Shown here one piece after another: positions 12,163 to 24,226 of a DNA stretch of 64,000 bases (positions are counted from its first letter, which is position 1; every line of letters starts with the position of its first letter). Source of the DNA: Balanoglossus misakiensis (taxonomy: Eukaryota; Animalia; Hemichordata); the NCBI GenBank assembly GCA_040954595.2, contig CM082592.2:10564731-10628730 (forward strand). The letters are read 5' to 3'. Position numbers and translations under genes: made by a program. Under the pieces are notes generated by a model that was given only the letters and a program-made list of their open reading frames with translations, was not told the origin of the DNA and did not search any database.

Positions 12163-13504
12163 TCAGACCGTGTCCATGGCAACGTCAACTTCAGCGTCCG
12201 ACACTGTCGACCGCGTCTCGGCTGCCGAGTATGGAGAACTCAGTTTCAGTTTGAGTTTGTGCGCTGACCACAGCAACAGGTGCAGCAGAAACGTTGCAAT
12301 AAAACAACCAAAGGAAACACCAATGGCCAGTCCAGTGTTTTCACCGTAATCCAGAATGTCATAGACGCCTTCACCGGTGATACCCCAGTATATGACACTG
12401 TGAACGGAGAAACACAAAGCGAGTGTCAAGGGGTATATGACGTGCACACATCTCACTGGCATGGCAGATACCAGCACTTCCAAGGTCATGGCCATTGAAT
12501 TGACAGCATGAACGTGAAAGTCGCCCACCACTATTCTTCTTCCGTCGTAGATGCTTGACCAATAGACGATGGAGACTACAGGTGCGGTGAGAGCAGCCAG
12601 GTAGTGCAGTAGCCATGACAACATGAAATACCACGGGGTTGGGGAGTCTTTGTACTCGACATGTCCTGTAGAATTGATCAGAGCACACAGCGTATTTAAT
12701 AATGGTCCTCAAAAGATGTAATATCATAATTATTGGCGAATTCAATTAAATCCTTATCTGTGACAGTCTGTAGTGATGTAAATGTTCTTCTCGATTGTGC
12801 CTTTGCGCAATAACTATGATGGACTCTTTGCTGTGGGTAATACATATGGAATTCGACACACTCATGGGTAGATGTCTTTGTCTGTCTATCTGTTTGTCTG
12901 TATGTCTGTCTGTCTGTCTAGCCCTCTCGTCCCATTTGAATGAAGGATATGAATAAGGCCTACATACTTTTAACGTGGACGTGGTAAAATACAGTTGATG
13001 TTGAAGCTACGACAAAATACGTGGTGATGATAATAAAAGACCAATTCGTCAGGTATATGAAGTACTTGCCACCGTTGATGCCGTAGATTATAATATACAA
13101 CCACCATACAACGAAGTATAGAGCTAACAGTACCCTGTAGAGGACGAAGACTATGGGTGGTATGAATTTCCACTGTAAAAAGAAAACAAGGCACAAGTCC
13201 ACATTTTAGTTCCATCTTGTACTGGATAGATGGTAAATGTCATAAACGTTTACTTGAACCATCTCAATAAAGGTGACGTGTCATGGTAACGCCCTGTGAT
13301 ATGGACGCACTGCTTATGCGGCTACATGGCGGTACATATCCCCAATGTTGGATGGAACAAAGTGTCCATAACTTCCATGAAAACTGCTTCAGAAGCAAAT
13401 AATGAAAAGAGTCGACAGACTTCGCTTACCTGTGACTTTGCGAAAACAGAGCTATCCTCGTACCGAAAACCAAAGTGCCATTTCTTTACTGTACAGTCTG
13501 GCAT
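12163..13504 (-). CDS. protein rolling stone-like, copy B; exons 13504-13430, 13172-12968, 12665-12163
   Basis: MPDCTVKKWHFGFRYEDSSVFAKSQ|WKFIP, YLTNW, TPWYFMLSWLL, HVHAVN, YDILDY. Same intron positions and phases as copy A. Confidence 0.82.
12878..12920 (+). repeat. (TGTC)n-like microsatellite in intron 2 of rolling stone copy B
   Basis: Seen directly. Confidence 0.8.
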
Positions 13505-14762
13505 AGCTTATGTCACGTTCTCTCATCTAATAAAACGTTAGGAGTGGCCGGGTAACTGTTGGTCTTCTTCGAAAGTGATTGAAGAATTTCTCAGGATAAG
13601 GCTCAGTTACACGTTCTGAGCTGTCCCGTGTTCGCAAGCTTACTCATACGCTTCTCTGAATACATTATTTATTTCGTTCTCACTTTCAATGTGTGGGTTT
13701 CATGCACAGACAACAAATTGAATTGTTCCTGAAACAAAAGATGTCTTTACAGTGAATTTCTCGAAGGACTTTGTTCTTAACAAAGGACGTCTTAACTGCA
13801 GCGTCCAAATCCTTAAATAATGAGGTGATAAAGAAAAGTAGCCCACTTTGTCGAAACCCAACGTTTCAGATGATCTTACATACAGTAACAACACTTACAA
13901 TACAAGAAACCATTTTCTAGTTATTTCCAGCATATATTTATTTCCGATCACTCTATCTATTTTCCTTATAAAAGTACAATAAATGACAAAGCATGCAGCT
14001 GGACACAATTCAAACTGACCCATGCATGAAAACGGAAGATAAAACAAAAGGAATTGTGTTGAGTAACAATGTCATTATATGTGGATGCAATATGACATTC
14101 AATAGAAGATACCACCAGACCACTGGTTTACTTTTAATGACGTCCAATTCTCTGAAAATATAACATCTAAAGTCCACACCAATTGTTTCTGAAATTCTCT
14201 CATAAACTTACCGGTAACAATTAAAAACTTTCACATGCATATTTTATAAAAGTATATATATTGTGCGTGTATTTCATGTAAATTTTCATGTTAAAATGAA
14301 ATAGTAGGAGTTAAAATTTTGAGCAAGGATATTTAATTAGATACATGATCTTTTGAAAGCTCAGCCTCATTGAAGCTTATTGCACACTTCTGGTGAATTT
14401 AAACCCTGAATGGCCATGAATGCCAATAAGACACATTTAGTTTTTCTCCTGGTGGAGGATGAGTCACCAGTTTCATAATCTTTGGATTAATATGCAGCAT
14501 TCATTATATTAAAAGTTACATTGACTGCTTCTTTTTAAAGGTCCATTAGCTGTATCTTTTCGCTACAATTTCAGTATGTGTGTTTCATGTAGCTATTGCA
14601 GACAGTGGCCATTACACACATACAGGCTATGTTGACGAATGGAGTAATAGGTATATTAGCATGCTGTTTGAGTAGAGCAAGAAATCACGGAACAAAAATA
14701 CTGAAAATATAGCCAAAAGTTCCAGCTAATGTTCCTTTAATTTTTCTCAACATGAATGTATG

Positions 14763-16340
14763 TTATGAGATAGAAGCAGGTTTGTCAGCTTCATTTTCTG
14801 TTTTCTTGGCATCACATTTGGCGTCATTCACTTCTACTTCAGCTTGTTGCGGAATGACGCTGTAAATGAGGTTTGAGAATGTCTTCTTGTAGTTGAGTAC
14901 TGGAGTTGCGCCGAAGTGGAACTTGTGGTCACGCTTGGAACTTTCCATGTAACATTTGATGATGAAACGATTGGTGTCAGAAACATTTGGATGAGATGCA
15001 TAGTCGTCCAACTACAAAAGATCCAATCAAGAATCAGTTTCAGAGAGAAAATATGGGGTGTGTGCACATACTTTGTGTGTGTAGTTTGCATGCATAATCA
15101 AAGATGGTTAAAAATTGAATCAAACATAGCTTACCTTCATCCACTCACAAGCTCTGATCTCCTGAGGGCATGGCTTGATTTCAAATGTTTTAGGTTTCAT
15201 GTAACAGATGAAATAGATATCAGATTGACCAAATTTGAAATTATGTTGTTGTCTGAAACACAGCAGTGATATAAATTCAGCTTCTATACCAGTCTCTTCA
15301 TAAACTTCTCTCTTGGCCGTTTCTGGGATATTCTCACCTGAGGGAAAATGAACACGTTCTTTAAAGTTTTCACCACATTAACTGAATCAGATTTGATTTG
15401 GAAATGATCAAATGCTCAGATATAAACTTGGTAACGGACCAAATGAAGATATCAGCCCTGACCTGTGTCGGCCAATCCACCTGGCAATTTCCAGCTTGGT
15501 TTTCCATTGACAGACACTCCAAATTTCTCCTGTATGACTAGTACTTCATTTTCATCATTGACAACAAATCCTGCAACTCCTGCAAACGTTATTGTGGAAA
15601 GATTTACATTACAGAAAATCACCCAGACACTTTTGGAAGACTTGTGTTGTGACGTGGCAGATTGCAACTGTCAACTGTCACCAACTAGAAACCAGAATAT
15701 TGTTCTTGAGGAACCAGAGTAAACCATACTCACCAATGTAATGATTCGCAAAGGAAGGCACAAGATTTGGAATATCTGTTGGCAACCAATGTGTCATCAA
15801 GACATAGGATGGCTGAGCATGGTGAAATTCAAATCCATGCTGTGAAAAGAATGTAATATCTTAAAATTAAGTATTTTGCTCAGTTCAATGTTACTTCCAG
15901 AAAGGTTGAATGTACAAAATATAAGATATGAATGTGAAAAAAAAGTAATGATAAGCAGTGATGATAAGTAAAGTGACCCTAGCAACTTACCTTGGCAGCA
16001 ACTGGTACATACGATGATTGGTGAAGTGAAATTTTGAGTGATACACCTCGTATACCCATCTGTTGCCAAGCAACTACAGATGCTAAAACACAGACATTCG
16101 ACTGTAAGATATATGGAGTTTGAAAGCTCAAGTGTAAAAAAATGTCTGTTTCCTTTTGGTAGAGAAATTGACAACATGAAAATGTTCACTAGTGTGGAAA
16201 AGGATCAACCATTTTTTTTTACCTTCCAACATCTTTTCAAATTCTTCATCATCTTTGCACTCTTCTTCCTCTGTGATAACCATGATTCCACCATATCTGT
16301 CTTTTTGGCCATGTAAACATTGTCCATTTTCACTTGCCAT
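14763..16340 (-). CDS. NUDT6: Nudix hydrolase 6 (multi-exon; an upstream N-terminal exon is possible)
   Basis: DRYGGI, HGFEFHHA, ANHYIGVAGFVVND..EVLVIQEK, WKLPGG and the Nudix box GLADTGENIPETAKREVYEETGI, followed by FGQSDIYF and EIRACEWM. Confidence 0.9.
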
Positions 16341-17094
16341 CTTTCAACAAGACCTGTGAAGATTAAAATATTATAGCAAATGCCAAAGGGACATTCAAAA
16401 CGAATACTTTGTGACAAAAAGAAGGTCGAAACACAGCCTTGGAGCTAAAGCATTCACAAGTGAATATGGGTAAGTGCAAACTGAACATTGACTGATAACC
16501 CAAGGCCTCCGGACCTCCTAGCGCAGGCAGACGTGTGACAAAGCATTTAAATGCTGTCGTTTTCTATAAAACATTTTCTACGGTTTTGTGGCTGCCTCAG
16601 ACATACATGACCTATTTATCTAAATTATTGTTTCTGAAGTTTATATACCGATTGTAATCATTCCGACTGATATATTGTTGGCTAAAATATCGGTTTTGAA
16701 CCTCAGAAAAGTCTAGGGAAACCAAAACTATAGGAATACGATTTGTGAGTTCCACTGCACTCATGACCAATCAATGCCGATATAAAAGCTACAAATTTGA
16801 AAGTCAAATTTAAACGACAGACGTCAGCCCGACATGCTGCGCAACTCTCTACCTTGGGTGGGAATTTGCGGCACCGAAGATTTGATTACAGATGTTTTTT
16901 ACTTCAAATACCACTTGTTTTAATACTTGGAAGTCCCCAAAGGCCTGGCCTGGTACACGTACCGGCGAAGATTAGGCGTAACCTTTAACCCGGATGTGTT
17001 TTTGCCCGTGATGCATTATGGACTACTACACAAAGTGCCATTTGCTGTTTCCGCTTTGTTTTGAGTAGCTTTACGTATTTTTTATCATTTCACC

Positions 17095-18177
17095 ATGGAT
17101 CTCGGAACTCCATCTTTCAGTCGTTCAAGTGGTAAGTTTCCATGACTACAACTGTTACAACGCAGCCTTATAAGTGCTCGTGTACCTAACCGTATTGCGG
17201 TACGCATGATTTGGAAATCGACAACTTTATATGGTGTCATCAATGACGTCATGTACATGATTGTATATTTCTGATTTTTTTTCACTAGAAATGTGTCCTG
17301 ATTAACACAGTATTCATAGCGTGATTCTTTCTTTTCCTTCATGCAGCCAATTCTCCATCACTGAGTATGATGAATTATTCATCAAACAGTAACAGTCCTA
17401 TTCCTACATGTGTGCCTCAACAGTCACATGTAAAACCAGCAACCATGCAACAAGCTGGTAAGATCAGGGGAAAAAACACACAAATAGTTAAACAGAGACT
17501 GTTGTTGCTATGCTTGCAGAAAAGTACCATTTCCAGTCATCAAACCATGCCTGCATTGGCTACAAGTATGCTATGCATGTTGCAAGTTTGACCTGTGTTA
17601 GTGCTAGACGGCTAGCTAGCCTAGCTCTGCCTTGCTTTGCAGTTGTATCAGTGTACAACTCACATGTAGCGCCTGAGTAAATAAGTATAGAATATACTTA
17701 TAGTTTGTTATGGTGCTAGTCTAATTCTCCCTATTGCAGCTTCTTCGTAGAAAGTGGGCCATGTGCAAAGTTCAAATTTCCCATTTTGCCTCTTCCTTTC
17801 CCCTCACTAGGTTCTGTACAGACACCACCATCACTGACAGCGGCACAGCTCCACAATTTACAAAGTATCATCCACAAAGCACATCCACAAAGTAAATATG
17901 CTGAACTGCTTGCAGTCATAGAAGACATGGGAAGAGATATGAGACCAACTTATGCTGGCAGCAAAAGTTCAACAGAGAGGCTTAAAAGAGGTTAGTGTAC
18001 TGCAAGGTATAAACTGAAGGTTGAACATCTCAGGTCAACTTACATACCTACAGTGACTGACGTTCTGAATGAAAATAATGTGTATACTATTTTGTTCTCT
18101 GATCCACAGGTATTGTGCACGCCAGAGCCCTTGTACGGGAATGTTTAGCGGAGGCGGAGAGAAGTTCAAGAATGTGA
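17095..18177 (+). CDS. CDK2AP1: CDK2-associated protein 1 (DOC-1), canonical short form; exons 17095-17131, 17347-17457, 17811-17990, 18110-18177
   Basis: [34 protein letters not shown]|[21 protein letters not shown] closely matches the DOC-1 C-terminal helical hairpin. All phases are consistent. Confidence 0.93.
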
Positions 18178-19009
18178 AGTCCAGCATGTTCAGTGAACTC
18201 ATCACAGCTATCGTGCCAGCTTCAACATTATATATTATTCATACAAGTTATTCCATCAGAATTTTCATACCATTCATTTCTCTGTTGGCATTATTATTTA
18301 AAGAGAAGCCACTGCCAGCTGTATTTATGTCTGAAATTTGACAACATACTTTATTATGCATCTTTTAAAGCAACTGCATGAAACTCTTCAGCAATTTTGT
18401 TGAACAGAAAACTTTTTTTTTTTTTCATCAAGTATTTATGAAATGTAGTTTTAGTGAAATTTCTGTCTTTCAGAAGAGTTTTGCAAAATCCACAGGGTCT
18501 CTTTAATGTGAAAAGTTGAAAGTGCTATTGAGCAGTTATAGCCCATCAGCAGTATATATTGAATAAAGCCAGTATATTAAAAGTTCATACCATAAGTCGC
18601 ATTACACTCTTTTCATAAGTCTACCGCCCTCATGCAGCCGTTATGAATTTGAGGCGGGCGAAAAGAAAAACGTCGTGAAAGGCTCTTTTAGGCCATAAAA
18701 CCAACAGTGTCAATCTTTCGCTCGGAGGAACCACCTGTTTCTTGCCGTGGTACCGTGAGCTCTGCTTGCTGTCCAGGGGCAGCGATGTTATGCACTTGAA
18801 GAAAAATAAAGCGCATCTGTATTCTAGGAGGAATACACGAAGTTTCCTACTTTTCAGATTGTTCTTTTGCGAGAAGACCTGAAACTCTTTTAAAAGTACA
18901 TCATGGAAGACATAACTTCATTTTAAGTTAACTTATATTTGTCACTGTGAGTTTTCTGTGATGCTGGGCCAGGCTGCTTCTGGGACCGGGGACTTTGGAG
19001 ATGGTAGCG

Positions 19010-19171
19010 TAACTAGTCCGCGTCCGCGCGCGCGGTCGGCGTGACAACTAGACGCATTTAGTGCTCCCAGAATTCCAGACGCAAGGTCGTCCGGAGGTCA
19101 AGAGGTAACAGCAACGGACTGTCCTTCCTGGCTCTTTCCGGTTCGTGTGTGTGATTTTCGTTCAGCGCTAG
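19010..19171 (+). promoter_or_regulatory. CpG-rich promoter and non-coding first exon of the THAP-CDK2AP1 gene
   Basis: CG-rich core GTCCGCGTCCGCGCGCGCGG, a GTGAGT donor at 19172 and a tctgcag acceptor at 19647, 20 nt before the ATG. Confidence 0.5.
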
Positions 19172-19666
19172 GTGAGTTTCTACCTTAAAACGTATCATCT
19201 GACCACAATCAGCGAGACAGTGTTGCGATCAGAGATGCAGTGCAAGTTATGGGCGAGTTGTGTCTAAAATTTTTGCACTTTTTCGCGATCACGATACTGT
19301 GGAAAAAGACATGCATCGTAGGTGTGCCGAAGTGTGACCTTTTGGGTTTATGCTCATTTTAGGAGAGCTTGTCGTGATTTCGTGGTTTCAAGTAGTCGTT
19401 TCCAACAAACCGGTCGTATGAGTAAAGCGGGCGTTTACTTACTTAGCCATCTCATAATGTTGTAAGAAAACGGGATTTCTTTTGATTAAATTATTCAATT
19501 CATCACCCCGAATGTAGGACACGGGGCCGTGCAACCGCGACGTTTCAGCGCATCGCATCAGCTCGATCGGATATCACGCCCATTGAAATTATTCATAAAT
19601 TCACGAGTCAAACTTAATAAGCCGAGCTTCTGTCTTTAAATCTGCAGATCTATACCGACTACCACT

Positions 19667-21751
19667 ATGCCAACCTGTGTGTGTGCTGTGTCCTGTTGTA
19701 ACAACAATACCAGAAAGCTACGACTGTGGAAGAAATTGACATGTAAGAAGCATGCAAGCAGCTATGGAAGTGGTGAATGCGTCTGTCCACCACCTTTCGC
19801 GTTGTTTCCCTTTCCCACAGAAAATAAAGATCCAGAGACCAGAAAAGTGTGGACTCAAATTGTTTGTCAGAACATACCGTCCCGGATAAACTGGACAGCA
19901 ACACGCTACGATAGAGTTTGTTCCAAGCATTTCCGAGATGGCATGCCGACGGCCGATAATCCCTATCCAGTGTTGCATCTCCGTGATCCAGATTCAAAAT
20001 CCGTGAGAAGGGGCAGATCCAGACAGCCAGGAATGATAGAATCAATGGAATTACCGGAGAAGATGCGGAAGTTGGATGAAAGTGATCTGGGAAGAGAGAG
20101 TCTGGATGAGGATGAGTTACTGGATGACAGTGAAGGAGACGGAAGTGAAGACAACAGCAGGGATAGTCAGGATGAAAGTATGAAAGATGAAAGTACGAAG
20201 GATGAAAGTACGAAGGATGAAAGTATGAAGGATGAAAGTTTGAAGGATGAAAGTTTGAAGGAAGAAAGTTCGAAGGATGATAGTATGGAGGATGAAAGTA
20301 GTCCACAGGCTGGAGGAAGCACATCAACCAAGAAAGAGGAAAGTGATGAAAAGGAGGAAAAAACTGCTGAGGATGAAGAAACTGAAATTCAGTCAGAAAA
20401 CGATCATGCCTCAGCTACTGATGAAAAACCATCCACATCTACTGCAAAAGCAGAGGTCGAGGTAACACAGGACGCTCCTTTAGATCTGAAATCAACCACC
20501 AATCCCACCACCTCGACTTCTGACCCGACCTCTGACCAAAAGACAGGGTCATCACAGGACAGTGAATCCAAGGTTCAGCCAGAAGAGCAGAAAGATCCAG
20601 TCCCTGCTCAGGAGAGTAATGAAGACAAGATGGCCATCAAGGACTCCGCTGATGCACCTATTGACCTCAGGTCAACAAGTCCCAGAGTTGATAAACCAAC
20701 CAAGACAGAAAAGACTGCAGCAGCGCCACAAGCAGTGGCACCACCAGCAGTAGCGCCAAAGGAGAAACCACCAGTTTCGACTGGTAGTCCTCAACCCATG
20801 AATTTGAAGTCTGGCAGTGATGTCCAGACGTCATCCGGGGCAGTGGAGAAAGTCAAGAGGCAACAACCAACACTGCACCAAGCAGGACATCCAAAATCAA
20901 CTCATCACACACACCATGCCAGTGGCAGTGAGTATTATATGCTCATGCTGATTTGCTAGAATCAGTCACATGATAGGAAAATAGAAAGACTATTTCCCTT
21001 GGGAGATAGTCATTAACTATTACCTTGTCATGTGACAAATGTGAGTTTATATCAGGAGGCAAGACATGAGCATGAGTTGTTTTAACTTCTAAAACACATT
21101 GCCTGGCATATTTTCAAACCATAGCACCATTTTATGTGATAGTACCATTTTGATCAATAACCATGTTTGAGGAAGGTTTGACAGAAGTTCACATCTTGTC
21201 TGGGTGTGAGCTGCAATGATTAATTCTCCCCCCCCCCTCCCTCCTCCTTCCACACAGGTGCCCCTTCATCCAGGAGCTCAACACCAGTTCATTCCGGCGG
21301 ATCTTTGCCAAGGAATCCCAGTTTCACCACACCAAGTATGTTGGGAATGATGCAAGATCATGGGCAGCCTCCACAACCCTCACAGAGCAAGTACAATGAA
21401 CTACTCTCTGTCATTGAAGACATGGGCAGGGATGTGAGACCAACTTATTCCGGCAGCAAGACTTCAATGGAAAGACTTAAAAGAGGTGAGCTTTCAGAAA
21501 ATTCTCTCATTCTTTTGCTATCACAATTTATTCAGTACAAGTCAGAAGAGTTATAAAGGAAATGGAGCATTCATCTTTTTGATTCCAAGGAAATGAACGT
21601 GGTATATTGATAAAGTTCCTGAGAGGATTTTAGGTGGATACTGTGGTTGAAATACACTGATTTTTTTATCTCTCTTTCCACAGGTATCACCTATGCCAGA
21701 GTTCTTCTACAACAGTGTAAGGTTGAGGTGAAACGTAGTGCAAGATACTGA
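19667..21751 (+). CDS. chimeric protein: THAP zinc finger, acidic/KDES-repeat linker with PxDL motifs, and CDK2AP1 (DOC-1) domain; exons 19667-20927, 21258-21485, 21684-21751 (~518 aa)
   Basis: THAP hallmarks CAVSCC...FPFP...W...RVCSKHF...PYPVL. The phase-1 donor at 20928 joins the acceptor at 21257 in frame to [34 protein letters not shown]|ITYARVLLQQCKVEVKRSARY*. Confidence 0.85.
20168..20302 (+). repeat. coding 15-bp tandem repeat x9 ((K/Q/E)DES(M/T/L/S))
   Basis: aaggatgaaagtacg-like units, 135 bp in total. Confidence 0.95.
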
Positions 21752-22347
21752 AGTTCTCCTTGAACTTAAAAATTACCACATCTTATGTTTTTGGGGAAAA
21801 TGACAGGAAATGCTGCTGACAAAATTGATCTTACCCTTCTCTCTTTTGAACTTTTTTACGCCATTATCACTGTATGTTTTAAAAGTGGAAATCTCGCCTG
21901 AATGACTAGATATATTTTTCTGCCATAAGTTGCACAAAAACTGGAACATGCATTTTTAATTTCCATTAAAAATGGAGATATTGTCTTTTAGGTCAGATAT
22001 AAACAAAGTCTCATGAGGGCAGCCATTTTGTAATCGTGGTTACCAAAATTTGAGGCAAAAGGCATTGTTTAAAATTGTGAATTGAGAAGACCATGTTATC
22101 CCTTTCAGAGTATGAACATACTTCACTAGAAATTGTGTTAGTCGTGTATTGTCAATTTTTATTTTTGTGCTTATATGAATGTTATTTTCAGAACCTAATA
22201 AATAGGTTTTAAATGTCTGATATCATATCACAAGCTTAATACAAATAAATGTTGCCAGACCAAGAGAATTGTGTTGTCGTGAATTTCTCTAGAGAAGTTT
22301 ACAAGACTGTGAACACCCATCTACATGATACAGTACATACTGTATGT

Positions 22348-23104
22348 TCAACTATTGTCTTTTTCTAGACTGGCTTTAAAAGCTTTCAACTTTTCCAACT
22401 TAATCTTTGATTTTCTCTTTTTCTCATGTCTCTTCTTATCCTCCTTCCTCTTCTCTTGAATGATAACACTTTCTTCTCCCTTGTAGTGAATGTCTAGTTT
22501 TTCTCTCAAGATTCTCCTGGCGATTTCTTCATTCTTTGTCTGAGACCGTGTCTGATGACACTGTAATTAAAAGAAGCAGAACATTATCAGGTGTGATGCA
22601 TTAACCTGCACTGTAGATTTTTATGTGGTGTGCCATTTCTCCAAAGAAATCACACGTTGGACCAAACCTAAAGAGCCATTGACTATACACGTGTGTTAAA
22701 ATGAGAAACTTGAAAACTTATACCTTGACCACTATACCAGTCGGTAAATGTTTCAATATCACACAGTTACTTGTCTTATTGGTTGCCTGACCACCTGGTC
22801 CTGATCCTCGCACAAACTGTTTTTCAATATCATTTTCTTCAAAGTTCACAAGTTTATCCTGAATCTTGTCTTTTTTACCCCTGGTGGAAATAATTGCACC
22901 AAACTGTGCGTGGACCGAAGTCAAGCTAGATTTATGTCCAAAGTTCAGTCCAAGGGGGCTCATTGGGTGATTATGAATCCGCCTGTAACTATGGTAACAG
23001 AAAAGACATCTGGTGATGGAGCCAATGGATGCTGCGTTTTTTGAAACAGTCAGTTGGAGAAAAACATCCAACTTCAGACGGGGCAAGAAGATTCTGTTCA
23101 TCAT
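22348..23104 (-). CDS. MTRFR: mitochondrial translation release factor in rescue (C12orf65); exons 23104-22724, 22561-22348
   Basis: Basic presequence-like N-terminus, FVRGSGPGGQATNKTSNCV.LKHLPTGIVVK|CHQTRS, and a Lys/Arg-rich C-terminal helix. Confidence 0.93.
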
Positions 23105-24226
23105 ACTTCAGGTGCCCGTCTTCGTGAGGAGTAGTATGCTGACTGACGAGTTTCAAATATCACAATCCATCGCTTCAAGCCAAGAGAGCCTCTCAAGTAC
23201 TACATGTAGTGATGATAGTGCAGATGATAAAATGATGAATGGGGCTGGTTCTAGCTACATTTTGAAAGATAGTTTTCGATTGGGCCGAATGTGCGCTATT
23301 CAGAAAATTACCCAATCAGGTTTGGTTTTAAACATGTCACCCCTCTACTATTGCGCATGTCCGGGTCAACTGAGGGCGTCTGCAAAGGTCGCGAACTTTA
23401 TTACGGTTGATCTTTGAATCGGGTGAAAAGTTGATGCGTACAGGTCCCGAATTTTGACGGTAAGTTACCGTACGTCATTAGATGACACAGTATTAGACGT
23501 CGCTGTCGTTTGCTGATGATTAAAACAAAATTATATTTGGATCGTGTGTGTTTCAGGTACTCGAGATTGCATGCACGTATGTATCAATGGCAGTCGACAT
23601 GGTGCCTGTCAAATCATGTTTTGGAATGTGTAGGGGTGGGCTATTTGTCAACAAGAATTCTTTATCCCTGCTTTGTATGCTAACAATGACCTGTTTGTGG
23701 TGGTTCCATTTGGCAGTTTTAGATGACACGTTAATCGGATCCATCGCTCGATTGTGAAGTCACCTAAAACTGTCATAAAGATTAAAGTGACCAAAACCTC
23801 CAAAATTGCGGCTGGTAGATTTGTGGTTTGTCTTGACTTGTCATCGTAAAATCAAGTTTGTAAATCGGCCGTAGCATGTCAGTGCTTGCATCGCTGACAG
23901 TTATAACCCCACATGTATCTGTCTTCATTGCGAAGTAATCGATGACACGAGAGACTTGTTCTGCTTCACAACTCCAAGAACCATAGCGTACCTAGTAATT
24001 TAAGTCAGGTGATCGCGCTAGACCAGAACCAAATTTAACTGGACCACTAGTTAAGTATAAGGTATATATTTCAATGCTTTAAATAGGCCAATCACAACTT
24101 TTTAAAATGTAATTTTGTTGTTTTCACTCCACATTCACGGTTGAACTGTTATGACATAGTGTTTACGCTGATTCTTCACTCTGCATTCAGATCAGGTTCA
24201 ATTTGTAATTTGTACTTTTCTAGGGA

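Noticed and set aside
875-16340. Functional cluster of ALPH, GLE1 and NUDT6 (RNA cap or nucleotide metabolism)
   Set aside because: Unrelated genes intervene, animal gene order rarely implies a shared pathway, and nothing indicates co-regulation.
19665-20327. 220-aa minus-strand ORF with FHPSY repeats
   Set aside because: Antisense shadow of the KDES repeat in the THAP exon.
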